A stretch of DNA of 64,000 nt from Octopus sinensis. Lineage: Eukaryota. This document shows, piece by piece, positions 26,982 to 40,180 of this stretch (its first letter is position 1; each line of letters opens with the position of its first letter). The DNA lies in NCBI RefSeq assembly GCF_006345805.1, contig NC_042998.1, positions 64,542,001 through 64,606,000 on the forward strand, written 5' to 3'. The position numbers and the translations under genes are program-made. Under the pieces are notes generated by a model that had not been told where the DNA came from, made no database searches, and worked only from the letters and a program-made list of their open reading frames with translations.

Positions 26982-27051
<70 letters not shown>

Positions 27052-27110
27052 TATGTATGCATATATGTGTGTGTGTAAATGTGTGTCTTGATAAAGCTCA
27101 CACACACATA
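26630..27110. repeat. Complex (TA)/(CA)-rich array with an internal approximately 120-bp duplication
   Basis: gcacataaaccc and acatatataggcagacag each occur twice. Confidence 0.85.
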
Positions 27111-27554
27111 TACCTACCAATGCAGCATTTCATAAGAGCACATGAATTTGAAATGTAAAATAATTTACTGTCGCTATCATGCTTATCATCGTGTCATCAC
27201 TATCCTCGTCATCACCACGAATGTCTACGGCCCCATAAGCATCACCACCATTACCGTGATTATAAGCTTCTTAATCATCCTCATGAGCATCGTAATTGTC
27301 ATCAGCAAGCCAATGTTATAGCCATATAAATTAACATCTCATGTATCATTAAACTTGTTGTTGACATCATCATCATAATCGTCGTAGTCGTCATCCTTGT
27401 TAACATCGTCATCGTCAACATCAGCATCATCATCGCTGTCGTCGTCTTTCGTTGTCACTGTCAGAGCAGAAGCAGCAGCCGCTACACCATTTCAACACCA
27501 CATCTGTATATTTAGAAACTAATAACAATTTCTATTAAGTATAATATTTATATC

Positions 27555-27567
27555 ACTACTGCTGTTT

Positions 27568-27611
<44 letters not shown>

Positions 27612-28040
27612 GCTACTACTACTACCAATAATAATAACAATAATAATAATAATGATAATAATAATAATTATAATAATGATAATAATAGTAGTAGTAGTAG
27701 TAGTAGTGGTAGTAGTAATGCTTTTATTACTAAGAAGTAGAGGTGGAGGAAGAAGTAGAAGAGGAAGAAGGAGGAGAGGAAGGAGAAGAAAAGAAGAAAA
27801 AGAGGAGGAGGAGGAGAAAGGGGAAGGAGAAGAAGTTGAAGAAAAAGAACAAGAAGAAGAAAGAGGAGAATGTGAGAGGGGAGGGGAAGAAGAAAAACAA
27901 CAACAAGAACAAGAAGAGGAGGAGGGGTAGGGGAGGAAGGAGTAGGAGAAAAGAAAGAAGGTGAACAGGAAGAAGAAGGAGTAGGAAAAGGGGAGAAGAA
28001 GAACAAGAACAACAAGTACAGGAAGAAGAAGGAAAGGATG
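27555..28040. repeat. (CTA)n/(AAT)n/(TAG)n followed by a purine-rich (GAA/GAG) tract
   Basis: Direct reading. Confidence 0.9.
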
Positions 28041-29426
28041 AAAAGCATTGTTGTCCTGAAAGGGATTAGAACTGAGACCGTCAAATGTCTGAAGCAGTAT
28101 TGCTAGGTATGTTTTCCCACTCTCTAAATGCATACAATCTAAAGTCAATCACTTATATATAATATTTGAGGCATACGTGACACAATCAGACGTGTGAAGT
28201 GATGTGAACGTGTTTTTGAAACACTTTCGTTTTACAGAAGCAAAACTATTGATGAGTTGCTGGTAACTAAGACGAACTACTTTTGGTGTATGTTCGAGCA
28301 GACATAAGCCGAGACAAGAGTAATATAGAAAAATAGTTTTGAAGATGAGAACTTTTGCTGAGAAATGAAAGCGTTTCCTGAAATGCAATTTCAAATCTAT
28401 CAACGATCTAATATTGAATATTTGTTACAATTGCACGATTATTATATATTATCAATGCAAGTGACCAACACAAAGACTTGAAAGAATTTGGAAAATAATC
28501 AACTATGCTGAACTTAAGATGGAACTGTAATCAATAAAACCTAACATTAACAAGATAATCTTGGCTGTCATATGATTTACGGAGTCAAATCTCAAATGAG
28601 TTGCTGTCCTGAGCAGACAGAAGAAGAATCGTTCTTTTTTTCAAAAGACATCTTTGTTTGACACAGCAGACATACACAGAAAAATGATAAATTTTGAAAG
28701 TAATAACTGAGTCCAAGCATAAAGAAGAGATTCATTAGTGATGTATATTTTAAAAAATCTACAAATTAATTAATAGTATTTGAAGTCAGCATTAGAGAGG
28801 TACGTTATTCCACTGATCCCGAAGAATGGCAAGTTTAATCTCCTTATAATTTGATATCATAATGTAAGGAGCAGGAATAAATAGCACATCTAAAAATAAA
28901 AACTATTTCGATGCTCAACTGATTCTCTAGCTCATTCCTTCACGCTGGGACATCAATTGCTTGTTGAACTAACAATGAAATGCTGCAGTTCTTTCACAAA
29001 CTCGCTTGGTTGATGGCCGTGGGTTGTAGGTCACCGTTCACTTCTCATTTGTCGTTTTAATATGATGATGATGGTGGCGGTGGTGGAAATATGCAGGTGT
29101 TATACAATCACAAGTGAGGAATTGCATGTACACCAGCAAAACATGGTTACTAACATACACGTTTGCATTAACTGAAGGATAAACTTCTACAAGCCTAACA
29201 TCATTGTCAACGATAAGGCGTACAAACGTTGTCCATTTATCAGCCATGCATTATCTTGTGAAAGAAATTACTTCACAAAACTCTCGGGGAATCTAACGAA
29301 GTAAACATACTTTGTGATTGAAATTAACAGAATGTAGAATATGAACACGGGTCATTCATCTAGGACTCATGAAGGAATAAATGGAAAAAGTTCACCAAAC
29401 GTACAAAACGCAACATGAATACTCAT

Positions 29427-29634
29427 ATAGTGCAGATCACACTATTAGGAACATACTAAGGAGTGGCTTGCAAAGGAAGTGATATGTTCCTTTGTTTGGA
29501 GCTGATACAAAGGATAGAATATATGAACTAATAGTGCAGATCACACTATTAGGAACATACTAAGGAGTGGCTTGCAAAGGAAGTGATATGTTCCTTTGTT
29601 TGGAGCTGATACAAAGGATATAATATATGAACTA
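29427..29634. repeat. 104-bp tandem duplication
   Basis: atagtgcagatcacactattagg... at 29427 and 29531, one mismatch. Confidence 0.95.
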
Positions 29635-29796
29635 CAGTGACAGCAACAATAAAAACAATCGTAATAGTAATACTGATAACAACGTTTCTGTTTTACGTTA
29701 AGTGTAACATTTTTCTGGAAGGTGACTAGTCGCTTATCTCACTATAAAGAACCCTTTTGTGAAACATAATGTCGAACAATTCACTCTGCTTGTATA

Positions 29797-29995
29797 ATGG
29801 TTTCAAATTTCAAGGGAAGAGATAATTTGATTACATCGACCCCGAGAGAATAAAAGGATAACTTATGCTATCGATACCGAAAAGATAGACGGCAAAGTCG
29901 ACCTCAGTTACAGTTGAAATCAGAATGTAAAAACGGATGAAATACCCGTAATCTTTTTGTTCGGCGTGCTAACAATTCCGCCAGTTCGCCGCCTT
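29797..29995 (-). mobile_element. SINE-like repeat (similar copies at about 41600-41790 and 63340-63530)
   Basis: Shared acatcgac.cc..ccgaaa..gcaaag motif string. Confidence 0.6.
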
Positions 29996-30008
29996 CCAGG
30001 TTTCTTTT

Positions 30009-30570
30009 ATTGGGTTGTGCAGATATTTCGTGCCGATTTATAGTAGCTTACATTTCGACTTATTTTAGAACATGGTGGAGTCCATAAAATAGGATTTGAT
30101 AACGCTTCCATTTCGAGCACAGTTTACGCTATCTATTTGGAGAAGAAGGTTTATGTTCCTATAACCTGTGTTAATTCTGTAACTCTTTAAAATAGAAGAT
30201 AAGAAAGTTTATTTTCGCCAATTGATGTTTGGGAACCAGACAAAAATTGCTGCAGCTCGGATGGGATGTGTTACCCCACCCTCCATATTCACCAGATATT
30301 GCTCCTTCGGATTTCCACTTATTAAAGTATCTGCAGAATAGTCTTAAAGCCAAAACTTTCAATTCCTTGGATAACGTAAAAAGGTACCTTGATGAGTTCT
30401 TTGCCATGAAACCACCTCAACTCTTGGAAGGGAGTATTTTCAAGTTAAATGGAGACGCATTGTGCAAAAAAATTGTTCATATTTGATTCATTAAGAATAA
30501 AATGGCAAGTATTTACTGACCTTTTTTCTTACCTTTAAAAATTGGCACCAACTTTCCGGATAACCCAGTA
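30009..30570 (+). mobile_element. Internally deleted mariner element
   Basis: TIRs tattgggttgtgcag.. / ..ccggataacccagta with TA ends; WDVLPHPPYSPDIAPSDFHL motif. Confidence 0.88.
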
Positions 30571-31543
30571 TATTAGTTGTGTGATACAGACATTTATTAA
30601 ACGTATTTGTACTGGGAATTATTGCAACTTTTTCTAAGAAGTCTTTCGTAAGTATTCCTGAAGATATTTCCGTAATATATGTCCTCATTAGAATAGTGAA
30701 ATTACATTGGAGACTGTCCCTATGTAACCTCAAATGAAATGAAAGAAAAAATAATCGGAGAAAATAAAAATGGAAAACACTTAGGTATGAATAGACTGCA
30801 ATAAAAAGGATTTACGAAAAGTTGCGCGGAGAATTGGAAGGTAGATTGAATAATAAATCACAAGGACGGAATAATACATTCTCACAAATTTATATAGGGA
30901 CGTCAACTTTCAAAGGGTTTGAGAAATCACCATCACTGATGATTGTGTCGTTCATAGCTAAGTACCGTTCCGAAAAGATATAAAGTAGATACAAGGTCAA
31001 AGGAATCATGATCAGATATTTCTTTGTAAGAATATGATGAATGTAGAGTTCATAATCTAGTCTAATATTATTCTCTCTGTAAACGTGTACACATGTGATA
31101 TTGCGAAATATGTTTATGACAAATGCGCGAAGGCTACTTTTGAAATTGGCACCTTGAAAATAAGAACAGTATAAATAACGGTGAAATCAGTAATTCATGA
31201 AGGAATTGAAGAGACATGTCTTTTAGAGGCATTGGAAACTCGGTATGCCCAATGAAAAAATATGTTTAAAATGTATGTAAACACAGGTAGTATTATTTAA
31301 GTTGTACACAATTTGAAACAAATATGCAATTAAGCACATAAACAGTCCGAGGAGAAAACAGTCACTTTATTGAAATAAACTAGATTGAAAAGCGAAAACT
31401 TGACACGTGAATATGTGACTGCAAATTAGAAGTATATAAAAAGATATCTCATAAATATCAAAAGGGAGAAATGTGGGAGGAAGTATCAAATATTCTGATC
31501 ATATTCTGAACTTATGAGATATATTCAGAATAAATATCGTGAG

Positions 31544-31918
31544 GCTCCGTCTGTTATTATGACGAGGGTTCCAGATGTTCCGATCGAAGGAACAGCCTGC
31601 TCGTGAAATTAACGCACATGTGGCTGAGCACTCTAAAGACACGTGTACCCTTAACGAATTTCTCGGGGATATTCAATGTGACACAGAGTGTGATAAGGCT
31701 TTCCCCTTGAAATACAGGTACAACAGAAACAGGAAGAAATAATGAGAGAAAGTTGTGGTGAAAGTGTACAGCAGATTTCGCCACGCCCCACTGCCGGAGT
31801 CTCGAGGTCGTTTAGGTGTTTTCGCTCAATAAACACTCACAATGCCCGGTCTGGGAATCGGAAGTGCGATCCTACGACCGGTAGTTCGCTGTCCTAACAA
31901 TCGGGCCAATGCACCTCC
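31544..31918 (-). mobile_element. tRNA-derived SINE (mirror of 13096-13470)
   Basis: Lies within the duplication. Confidence 0.7.
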
Positions 31919-32411
31919 ATGATCAAACGACAAACACATCAATATACCATTTATTTACACAACTCACCGCAAAACCTAGAAATTATGAAAAAAAAAGAAA
32001 AGATCAAAGACTATGCACTCGCTTAACACTAAACACTCACATATAACAGAAAAAAGAAACTGCATGAGAGGAATAAATCATAGCAGAATTAATGCGGAAA
32101 ATAATCGAGAATATGAATCGCAGATAGGAACAGAGAGCCTTTCACACACAATGCAAATAAACAATTACATAAAGCAGACTGCATCAAACAATGCCAAGGT
32201 TTCTATCATAACCACAACTAAAAGCAGATAATCAAATTTGAATAATTACACCATTGCTGCATCAGATTTTTGAACTGAGAATGTATCTGTTTATAATCGT
32301 TTCAATTTATTCATATGTCATTTCATGCAGTATTTCATTTTGTTCTGTATTTATATATATGTATATATAAGTATATATATATATAATATATATATATATA
32401 TTATATATATA

Positions 32412-32441
<30 letters not shown>

Positions 32442-32442
<1 letters not shown>

Positions 32443-34363
32443 GTTTCAGCACAGAGCTGCGGCCATGCTGATGCACCGCCGTTTTGTGCTACACTGTTAT
32501 TACGACGACCCTCATCTAATATGTGGCACTTGGTGAAGAATGGAGTTTGGTACAGCTACTCTCATTTGCAACTCTTGTCGTGAGGTAGGTTCATCTGGGA
32601 CTCTTGACAGGAAGATGTCCAGCTTTGATTTAGAAACCGCTACATCTACTTTGTGCAAGTTCCTCAGACTCTTTGGGAGAATATTAAAAAGATGTGGGCC
32701 CTTGAAACCCAGGCTGTTGCAGAAGCTGGTCCTGAAGCGTGATGGCATTGCTGGGATCTTTGGCACTATGCAGTGTCGTCCCGTTCTAGCAATGGTGTAG
32801 CTTACAATGCCAAAATTTGGCACAATTCCTTCCAGGATCTTCCAGACATATATTACTGCATACCTCTCCCGTCTTCTCTCCAGGGAGTAGAGTCTTAGCT
32901 GTTTCAACCTTTCCCAGTAGCTAAGCTGTTGCAAAGAGACGATCTTCTTTGTGAATCTTCTCTGGATTGCTTCAAGGTCCGCTGTTAATTTTACACTGGT
33001 GGGTGACCATAGCTGTGAGCAGTAATCCAGGCGATTGAGAAGGAATGTCCGCCAGAGGACCATCACTGTTTCCTTATCTTTTTTTCTGAATGTTCTTAGG
33101 ATCCACCCAGCCAGTCGTCTGCACTTTGTCGTCATCCTGATAATGTGCACTTGGAAAGAGGTATCATCACTCATGTCGATACCCAGGTCCCTCACAGACT
33201 TAGGCTCTGGGATTGAAATTCCCTGTGGACCGGTGTATCCTGTAAGTTTGATATTCAGTATTGGATGCTGGTAGCGCAGGGCCTGGAATTTTTCAGCATT
33301 AAACTGCATATTATTTTCTTCAGCCCATCTGTAGATTGAGTCCAACTCCTGCTGCAGGTGTGCAACATTGCTGGGGTTCGGTATTTTCTGCGAGACCTTC
33401 GTATCGTGTGCATAGCTGGCCAGAGTGGCTATCCGGGCATTTGAGGGCATATCTGAGAGGGCCACTATAAAAAGCAGTGGTCCCAAGACAGTGCCTTGTG
33501 GAACACCGCTCACTATTTATGTGCTCATAGAGGTGGCTCCCTTAACCACTACTGCCTGACTCCTATCTTTCAGGAAGTCATGCGACCACACTCCATGTTT
33601 TCCAGCTATGCCGAGGTCACGTAGTTTGTGGCATACCATGCCATGATCCACCTTGTCAAAAGCTTTTGCAAAATCAAGTTAGATTACGTCCACATTTCAT
33701 TTGTTGAGTAACTGCCTCAAGACCCAGGCATAATGCTGTAAGAGCTGGGTCAGGCAGCTCCTACCTGGTCGAAAACCATGCTGGGTATTCCTCAGCAAGT
33801 TATTTTCCTCAAGGAATGCGATTTGTTTCTTTCTGACTATCCTTTCCATGACTTTGCTGATGTGTGAAGTCAGAGAGATAGGCCTATGGTTTTTGGCATC
33901 TGCTCTACTTCAGCTTGCTTGGCAGTTTGCCATTCACAAGAAAGCTCTGGAAGAGAATCTTGAGGGGTTTTGCCAGGGCATGCTTACACGCTTTGAGGAG
34001 GATGGCTGGGAAACCGTCTGGACCAGCAGCTGAGTTTGTGTCCACTTCATCTAAGGCTAGTAGGACATCTTTTTCGCTAATGTCAATACATTCTATTGTA
34101 ACCGCCTCGCTGGTTATAGCTGAGGCGGCAAAGAAGTCCACTGGTTCGTTCACTTGTCTGTGTTCCAAGGGGGTGGTAAAGACACTTCTGAACTGGTTAT
34201 TCAGCATCTCACTGATCATAGTTGGACTGTCTGTGAGGGAGCCATCCTTTTGGAGGAGGAGTCCTATCTTGTAGTGCACTGAGACTGTTTCTTTCGCGTA
34301 ATGAAAGAAGGCTATTGGGTTTAATTTTCATGTTTTTTATAACCCAGGCTTCTTTGTCTGGGT
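32442..34363 (-). mobile_element. CR1-group LINE (mirror of 10651-12572)
   Basis: Identical 333-aa ORF at 32512-33513. Confidence 0.92.
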
Positions 34364-35198
34364 TATATATATATATATATTTATATATTGCTTTCGTTGT
34401 TTTATAATGATACTGAATCACATTTGTTAATTCCAACTTTGCGAGCAGTACATTTTACACCTGATCAAGACCTGGCCAATTCCATTCATTAGGAAGTTAA
34501 CACAAAGAATATGCAGAAAAATATATATCTAATATATGCCGGGTTATCAAACCAAAGTAATGAAGTGGAAAATTGAATGTTCCTCAATTCTGCTGCTTGG
34601 AATGTCAATAAATGAATAGCAAGGGAGACAAATCATTATCGCTTGTCATTGCACACATCAGCGTCATAAACACTGACACATCACTTCCATCTCTTCCAAC
34701 ACATAATATTGATAATAATAAAAATAATGCAAATTACATTCACATAAACAAAAATACACGAATACACAGTAGAAAGAAGATGAAGAAAACGAAGAAGAAG
34801 AGGAAGGAGAAGAAAAGTTTTTTCTGTTCATGACAGTTTTCTTCAATTAATTAGAAGACTTATTCAATACATTTGGCAAATAGAAGTGTTATTTAAATCA
34901 CAGAATGAGATTGAAACAGTAATCACTCGATAATGTAAAGTTTAGAAGCCATCATATCATGGCTAACCACATTGGGGAGGGCTTGTTACTGTAGCTTTAT
35001 AGCCCCAAGAGATCGTCGTCTCTAGCTGGCTTTAGACACAATATCAGTGCCCTTGGAGTATTTGCAAAGGGAGGCCATTCCTTCCTCGCAAGCCTGAGTG
35101 ATACGATCGAACTAGTTTCGGGATTTTTGTCGAGGGACAAAAGCCATGAGATCAGAAGCCATGAGAGCCACTGCCTTGTACTGCATCAGGGCATTTAC

Positions 35199-35232
<34 letters not shown>

Positions 35233-35263
35233 TTATTATTATTATTTATTATTATTATTATTA

Positions 35264-35328
<65 letters not shown>

Positions 35329-35362
35329 TATTTTATTATTATTATTACTATTATTATTATTA

Positions 35363-35407
<45 letters not shown>

Positions 35408-35496
35408 TATTATTTTATTATTATTATTATTATTATATATTATTATTATTATTATTATTACTATTATTATTATTATTGTTATTATTATTATTATTA

Positions 35497-35534
<38 letters not shown>

Positions 35535-35632
35535 TATTATTATTATTATTTAGTTCACTCTCTGGAATCGAACTCGGAATCTTGGGGTTAGTAGCCCGCT
35601 CTCTTAACCAATTAGGAATTAGAAATTTCCCC

Positions 35633-35680
35633 AAGATACCTGATGAAGGCTGGAGAGTATATTAGCCGAAACGCTGTCTT
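35633..35680 (+). ncRNA. Minimal hammerhead motif (mirror of 9334-9381)
   Basis: aagatac-CTGATGA-a-ggctg..tagcc-GAAAC-gct-gtctt. Confidence 0.6.
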
Positions 35681-38394
35681 AACAACAAACAAGATGAGGA
35701 TAAATATCCGTCAAATGTAAATAATGTAAATAATTTTTTTAAAAAACTGTATATGTGTTTTTGATCTTTTTATATGTATATATGTTGATTTGTCCTCGTT
35801 ACTTTAAAAATCTTGTTCAAATCTAATTTGTGATAGCGAAGTGTTTGTCTTCGTTTCAACGCCATTTGCAGTTGCTTCTCATTCGACATAAGTTGGTTAA
35901 AGGTGTTTACAAAAATGCAGCTGTTACCTTTTACTTGCAAAGCTGGACTTCTTCCTGTCGAGAGACCCAGATGAGCCTACCTCACGGCAAGAGGTGCAAA
36001 TGAGGGCAGCTATATCAAACTCCATTCTTCATCAAGTGGCACATATTAGAGGAGGCTCCTAGTAATAACAGTGTAGCACAAAAGGGCGGTGCATCAGCAT
36101 GGCCGCAGCTCTGAGCTGAAACTTTAAAAAAAAATGAAAATTATTGTTGGGTGTAATCCAGAATACAAACATCTAGTCGGCTCATTTGCTGTTTGCAGAT
36201 TTGTTTCCATCTCCTCCCATTGTGTAGGGAAGTCTATGATAGAACAGTAATAAATTATGTAGATTAGGTTGAAAACATATGGCTATACAAGGGAAGGCGT
36301 AATAATAAATCACATGTCCTTATGCGGGGTAATTAAGAGAACATTCGAAAATACAATGATGGATTCAGTAAATTACAACCAACTAAAATGTGAAAATAAT
36401 CGTGCTTTCCTTGAAAAAAAATCAAGGAAGAAAATCTTAAAACGGAGCTTCGAAACGTGAACAGTGAGATCTCATAGTAAGGACAGGGTGCTATGAAGGG
36501 GAGTTGATATTAAAATATAGATAGTATATGTGAACAAGTATGATACGGTCTTTCCGATACTAACGATCACCGAAATAAGACCAGTCAAGGAATTCCAGTG
36601 ATCCTATGTCACTCAAAGAACTAGGGACACACAGACTATTCCACTCATATTCTGCAATATACATAGGTATATTTAGAGAAGATCAATGCATCCAAACTTT
36701 TCTCTTTTATTCTTCTTTTTTTTTTAGGTGTCAAAAGCCGTCCGTCTTTGTACTCGATCTCTTCAGCCTCTTCCAACCACTTAGTCTTCACCACAATTAC
36801 TAGACAGCGAATAAGGCTTCCCCGCACGTTGAAGGCAAATGCTGGATGTAATCCTAAGAATGGACTCAACCAATACCACCTTCATTCTACATGCGACAAT
36901 AGGTGGTTGACACAACTTCACAAGTAGGCAAAGTCAGAACATTCATTTCGTGTGTTTTAGCCGGAGAGTTCGTCACTCAACAGGCAGAGGGCGATGAACG
37001 ACTGAGGGCGTTTGAAGAATAACTGATTCTAGTTAAGTGTAAGACCACAGATTTGGAGGGAATGTTAATTGATACCATCCATCCAACTACTTCACTGGTA
37101 CATTATTTTATCGGGAACCCATAACGCTAAGTAGATTTACATTCATAATTGTATGTCCAGTCGGTAGTATTCATCTGACTTTTAGCACACTTTAACTTTA
37201 TTCATCTTCATTTTCACTGTGCTTAAAATCTAGGTTTAGTTATCAATCACATTTATTTTACGTGAAACAGTTCACCTCTTTCATGTTCCCTCAATTGTAT
37301 CTCATATGTGAGAAGATTTATGATCCACCCCCACTTGGTTTCTATCGCATTCAATCGTTCTAAAAATGTGTGGCATTATGCCTGAGATTTCTTATATTTG
37401 TTCCTGACTTTGCTGTTGGTAAGTAGACCTTTTCTATGGTGATTTTTGTGCGTTATTAGTAGAGGCTTATTTTTATTCATGTTATTGGCCCTGCATTTGG
37501 AAGTGGTTAATGTTTGTAACACTTTGGGGGTGTTGCGAGCAGTTACGGAGTGTTGATGTGACTGTTTCTGGTCTGCCCTTGCACAGAATATACCGGTTTT
37601 TCTACATAAATATCAAAAATATGTTCTACCGCGTACGTTTACATGGTTTGACCAAATATTTGGGGTCACTAATGAGAGTCTTCCGGACAAGTGAAACTCG
37701 TAATTTGAATGAATTTCCTGTTTGAGTAATGATAGTTATGATGGCCGTCTGAAACTGAGACCAGAAAAAAAAGCAAATACAGTTTGTGATGCATGACTCT
37801 CTGGAAGGAGAGAAAGGTGTGACAACACCATTTTGAAAAACATATAAGGAGTAAAGTAGGGAATATATTCGCAGCTTGTAGGAGATGCTGAGACGCATGT
37901 TTTTAACGTTATGACAGATGGATTTTTCAAACTTTAAGCGAGCGGAGAAACATAAAATTTTAAAATATTTATAGGGAGGAAAAAACTAGAGGAAAGGGCA
38001 AATCCTAGAATAGTATTCGCTCTTTCCTCTAATTAAAGGATATGGAACAATGTAGTAAACCACGCAGAGCAGATAGCATCGTACCATGACACCTTAACAT
38101 GGACTAAACAGCCGTGGCTGAAGAAAATTATAGTGGTCAAATTAATTTGCTACGAAATGAAACTTGCAATGATGTATCGTTAATAATGAATATATATATA
38201 TATATATATACTAAGCAATAAGGGTTTAGCAACGAGTTGCCTTACCACATACCGAATTTAGAAATAGCAGTCAAAGGGTTATAGCTATTTCTTCTACTAA
38301 AAAGGGAGATCTCAGTAAAAACAGCATTGGAAGGCAGACACAAACAGGTAAGAGAGAATGAATGACTGCAATCTATCATACATTTTTTTAGTTA

Positions 38395-38501
38395 TCCACG
38401 GACGTACGTTTCGAAATCAAGTTTTAAGGAAAGCATAAGAATTAAATATTAAATATTAAATAATTCTATCTTACCGAAACTTCTTTTCTCTTCAGCGTAG
38501 A
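38395..38501 (-). ncRNA. Type I hammerhead of the 600-bp unit
   Basis: Reverse complement of 6513-6619. Confidence 0.8.
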
Positions 38502-39049
38502 ATACTATAATCATAAATGATTATATATTGAATTTTGAGATACCAGAAGGCACCAACTCAACTCAGTATCAGAGCGAGCTAGAATCCGCAACTGGTATCA
38601 CCGAATTCAATTTGTGAATGAAACGATTGTGTCAACAGCCCCTTCCCACCCGCGTGTAGCCAAAACAAGATGCTGTGGTCATCTACTGAGATAAAATATG
38701 GTTATCCGTAATAATGAAGGGTGAAATTAATTAATTTGGAAAAATTATCAATTACACCAAGTAGTCTTCGGCATGTAAAAGCCTCATTCGAGGAAAATTT
38801 AAGTAATACTATTCTCTCGTCTAAGTAATACTATTCTCTCGTCTACCCTTCCCCTACCCACTTCCTCATCTCTCTCTTTCTTATCCTGCTCCTACTCATC
38901 CTCCTTCCTCTTCTTCTGTTTCTTCTTCCTTCTTATTTTCTCGTTCTTCACCAGACTCTACCTCTTCGCTTATACACTTCAGCCTTCTGAGAACGACTAC
39001 CAAACATCGCAGTAGGTAGCACCTACATACCGTACAATGAATTATGCAA

Positions 39050-40180
39050 AAAAATCACAGGTCTGTCAATGGGATCTAATCTCTAACGCCTGCTGGCCAT
39101 CTCGTACGTGGATCAAGTAGAACGCACGGTGCTTAACACCTGCCACTAATGTGTCATTTTCTCAAGATACATCGACGACAACCGAACACGAATCTCCGTT
39201 GACGAGGGGGAGATTGCCGATCATAAGCGTTTCAGGGGCCCTCTCTCTGCTGGATTCCCAGATAAAGATAACAGGAAGTTTCGATCAATACAAAGTGTTA
39301 TAGAAAAGCGGCTAATAAGAGCCTGTTCATGCATTATTAGTCAGTATGCTAACCAGGGCCGAGGCCGTATACGTGCAAAATGAAATCGCACGTATATGAG
39401 GCAATTTCAGCGAAACAACTGACAAAGCTACCACCATCAAGCGCTTACTGAATAACATCAAACACGACTGCTATCCGCCATCAGTAAACGACTGCATCTA
39501 CAAAGCACAAGGGTGGGTTAACTGCATATTCCCAAATCGGAAAAGCGCATCCTTGAACTGCCCTGCTTCAATAACAGAACAATACGGCCACATAACATGC
39601 GATCCGCAGGGAGTAACTCAACATAAAGATGGTATACACAAGTCACCTATGCTCACTCGGGCGAAAGCTGCATACGTGCAAAATGAAGCCAATACTAATA
39701 TGGTGTACACTGTTGCATCCCTGGCAGAATTTCTGTCGAGGAATAATACCGCAGATATCACCGTGATGTGTAGTCTAACTAATTGCCTAATTCAAAGGAC
39801 TATGTGGTATACGAAATAGTCTGTAGTAAATGTGAGGCACTCCGTTTAGGAAGAACCATCAGGAAATTGCACATTCGTATAAAAGAACATATGCTCACGG
39901 ACACTTCAAAAAGTAAACAATTTTAAAGTATACAGCAAAGCCAACCAATGCAAAAAGAGTAATCTCAGAATTATGGAGGCCCACTTTATAAGCAAGTTAA
40001 GAACAGTCATTAATAACAAGAAGGCACTATAAGAAGCAAACTGGTTGCTTAGCAACACCAGTCTTCACATATCGTTTTCTTTTTTCTTCCCCAACACATC
40101 TAAGGGACGACTCTTGCAACTAATGCTTTTTTCCAAATATCCTCAAGGAGGGGTCATAACCCTGAAATAGAGAGATACAA
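39050..40180 (+). mobile_element. Decayed Penelope-like element (RT plus GIY-YIG endonuclease)
   Basis: MGS.L at about 39069; FSRYIDD at about 39159; DYVVYEIVCSKCEALRLGRTIRKLHIRIKEH at about 39798-39890; LRIMEAHFISKLRTVINNK. Confidence 0.85.

Larger units (their letters stand above)
31496..38810 (-). repeat. Right arm of the 7.3-kb inverted duplication
   Basis: Reverse complement of 6205-13518 with only a few differences. Confidence 0.97.

Noticed and set aside
13619-31495. Giant TIR transposon (Polinton-like) between the 7.3-kb inverted arms
   Set aside because: The spacer has no polymerase, integrase or capsid ORFs, the arms are ordinary repeat-laden DNA, and one arm ends at a gap
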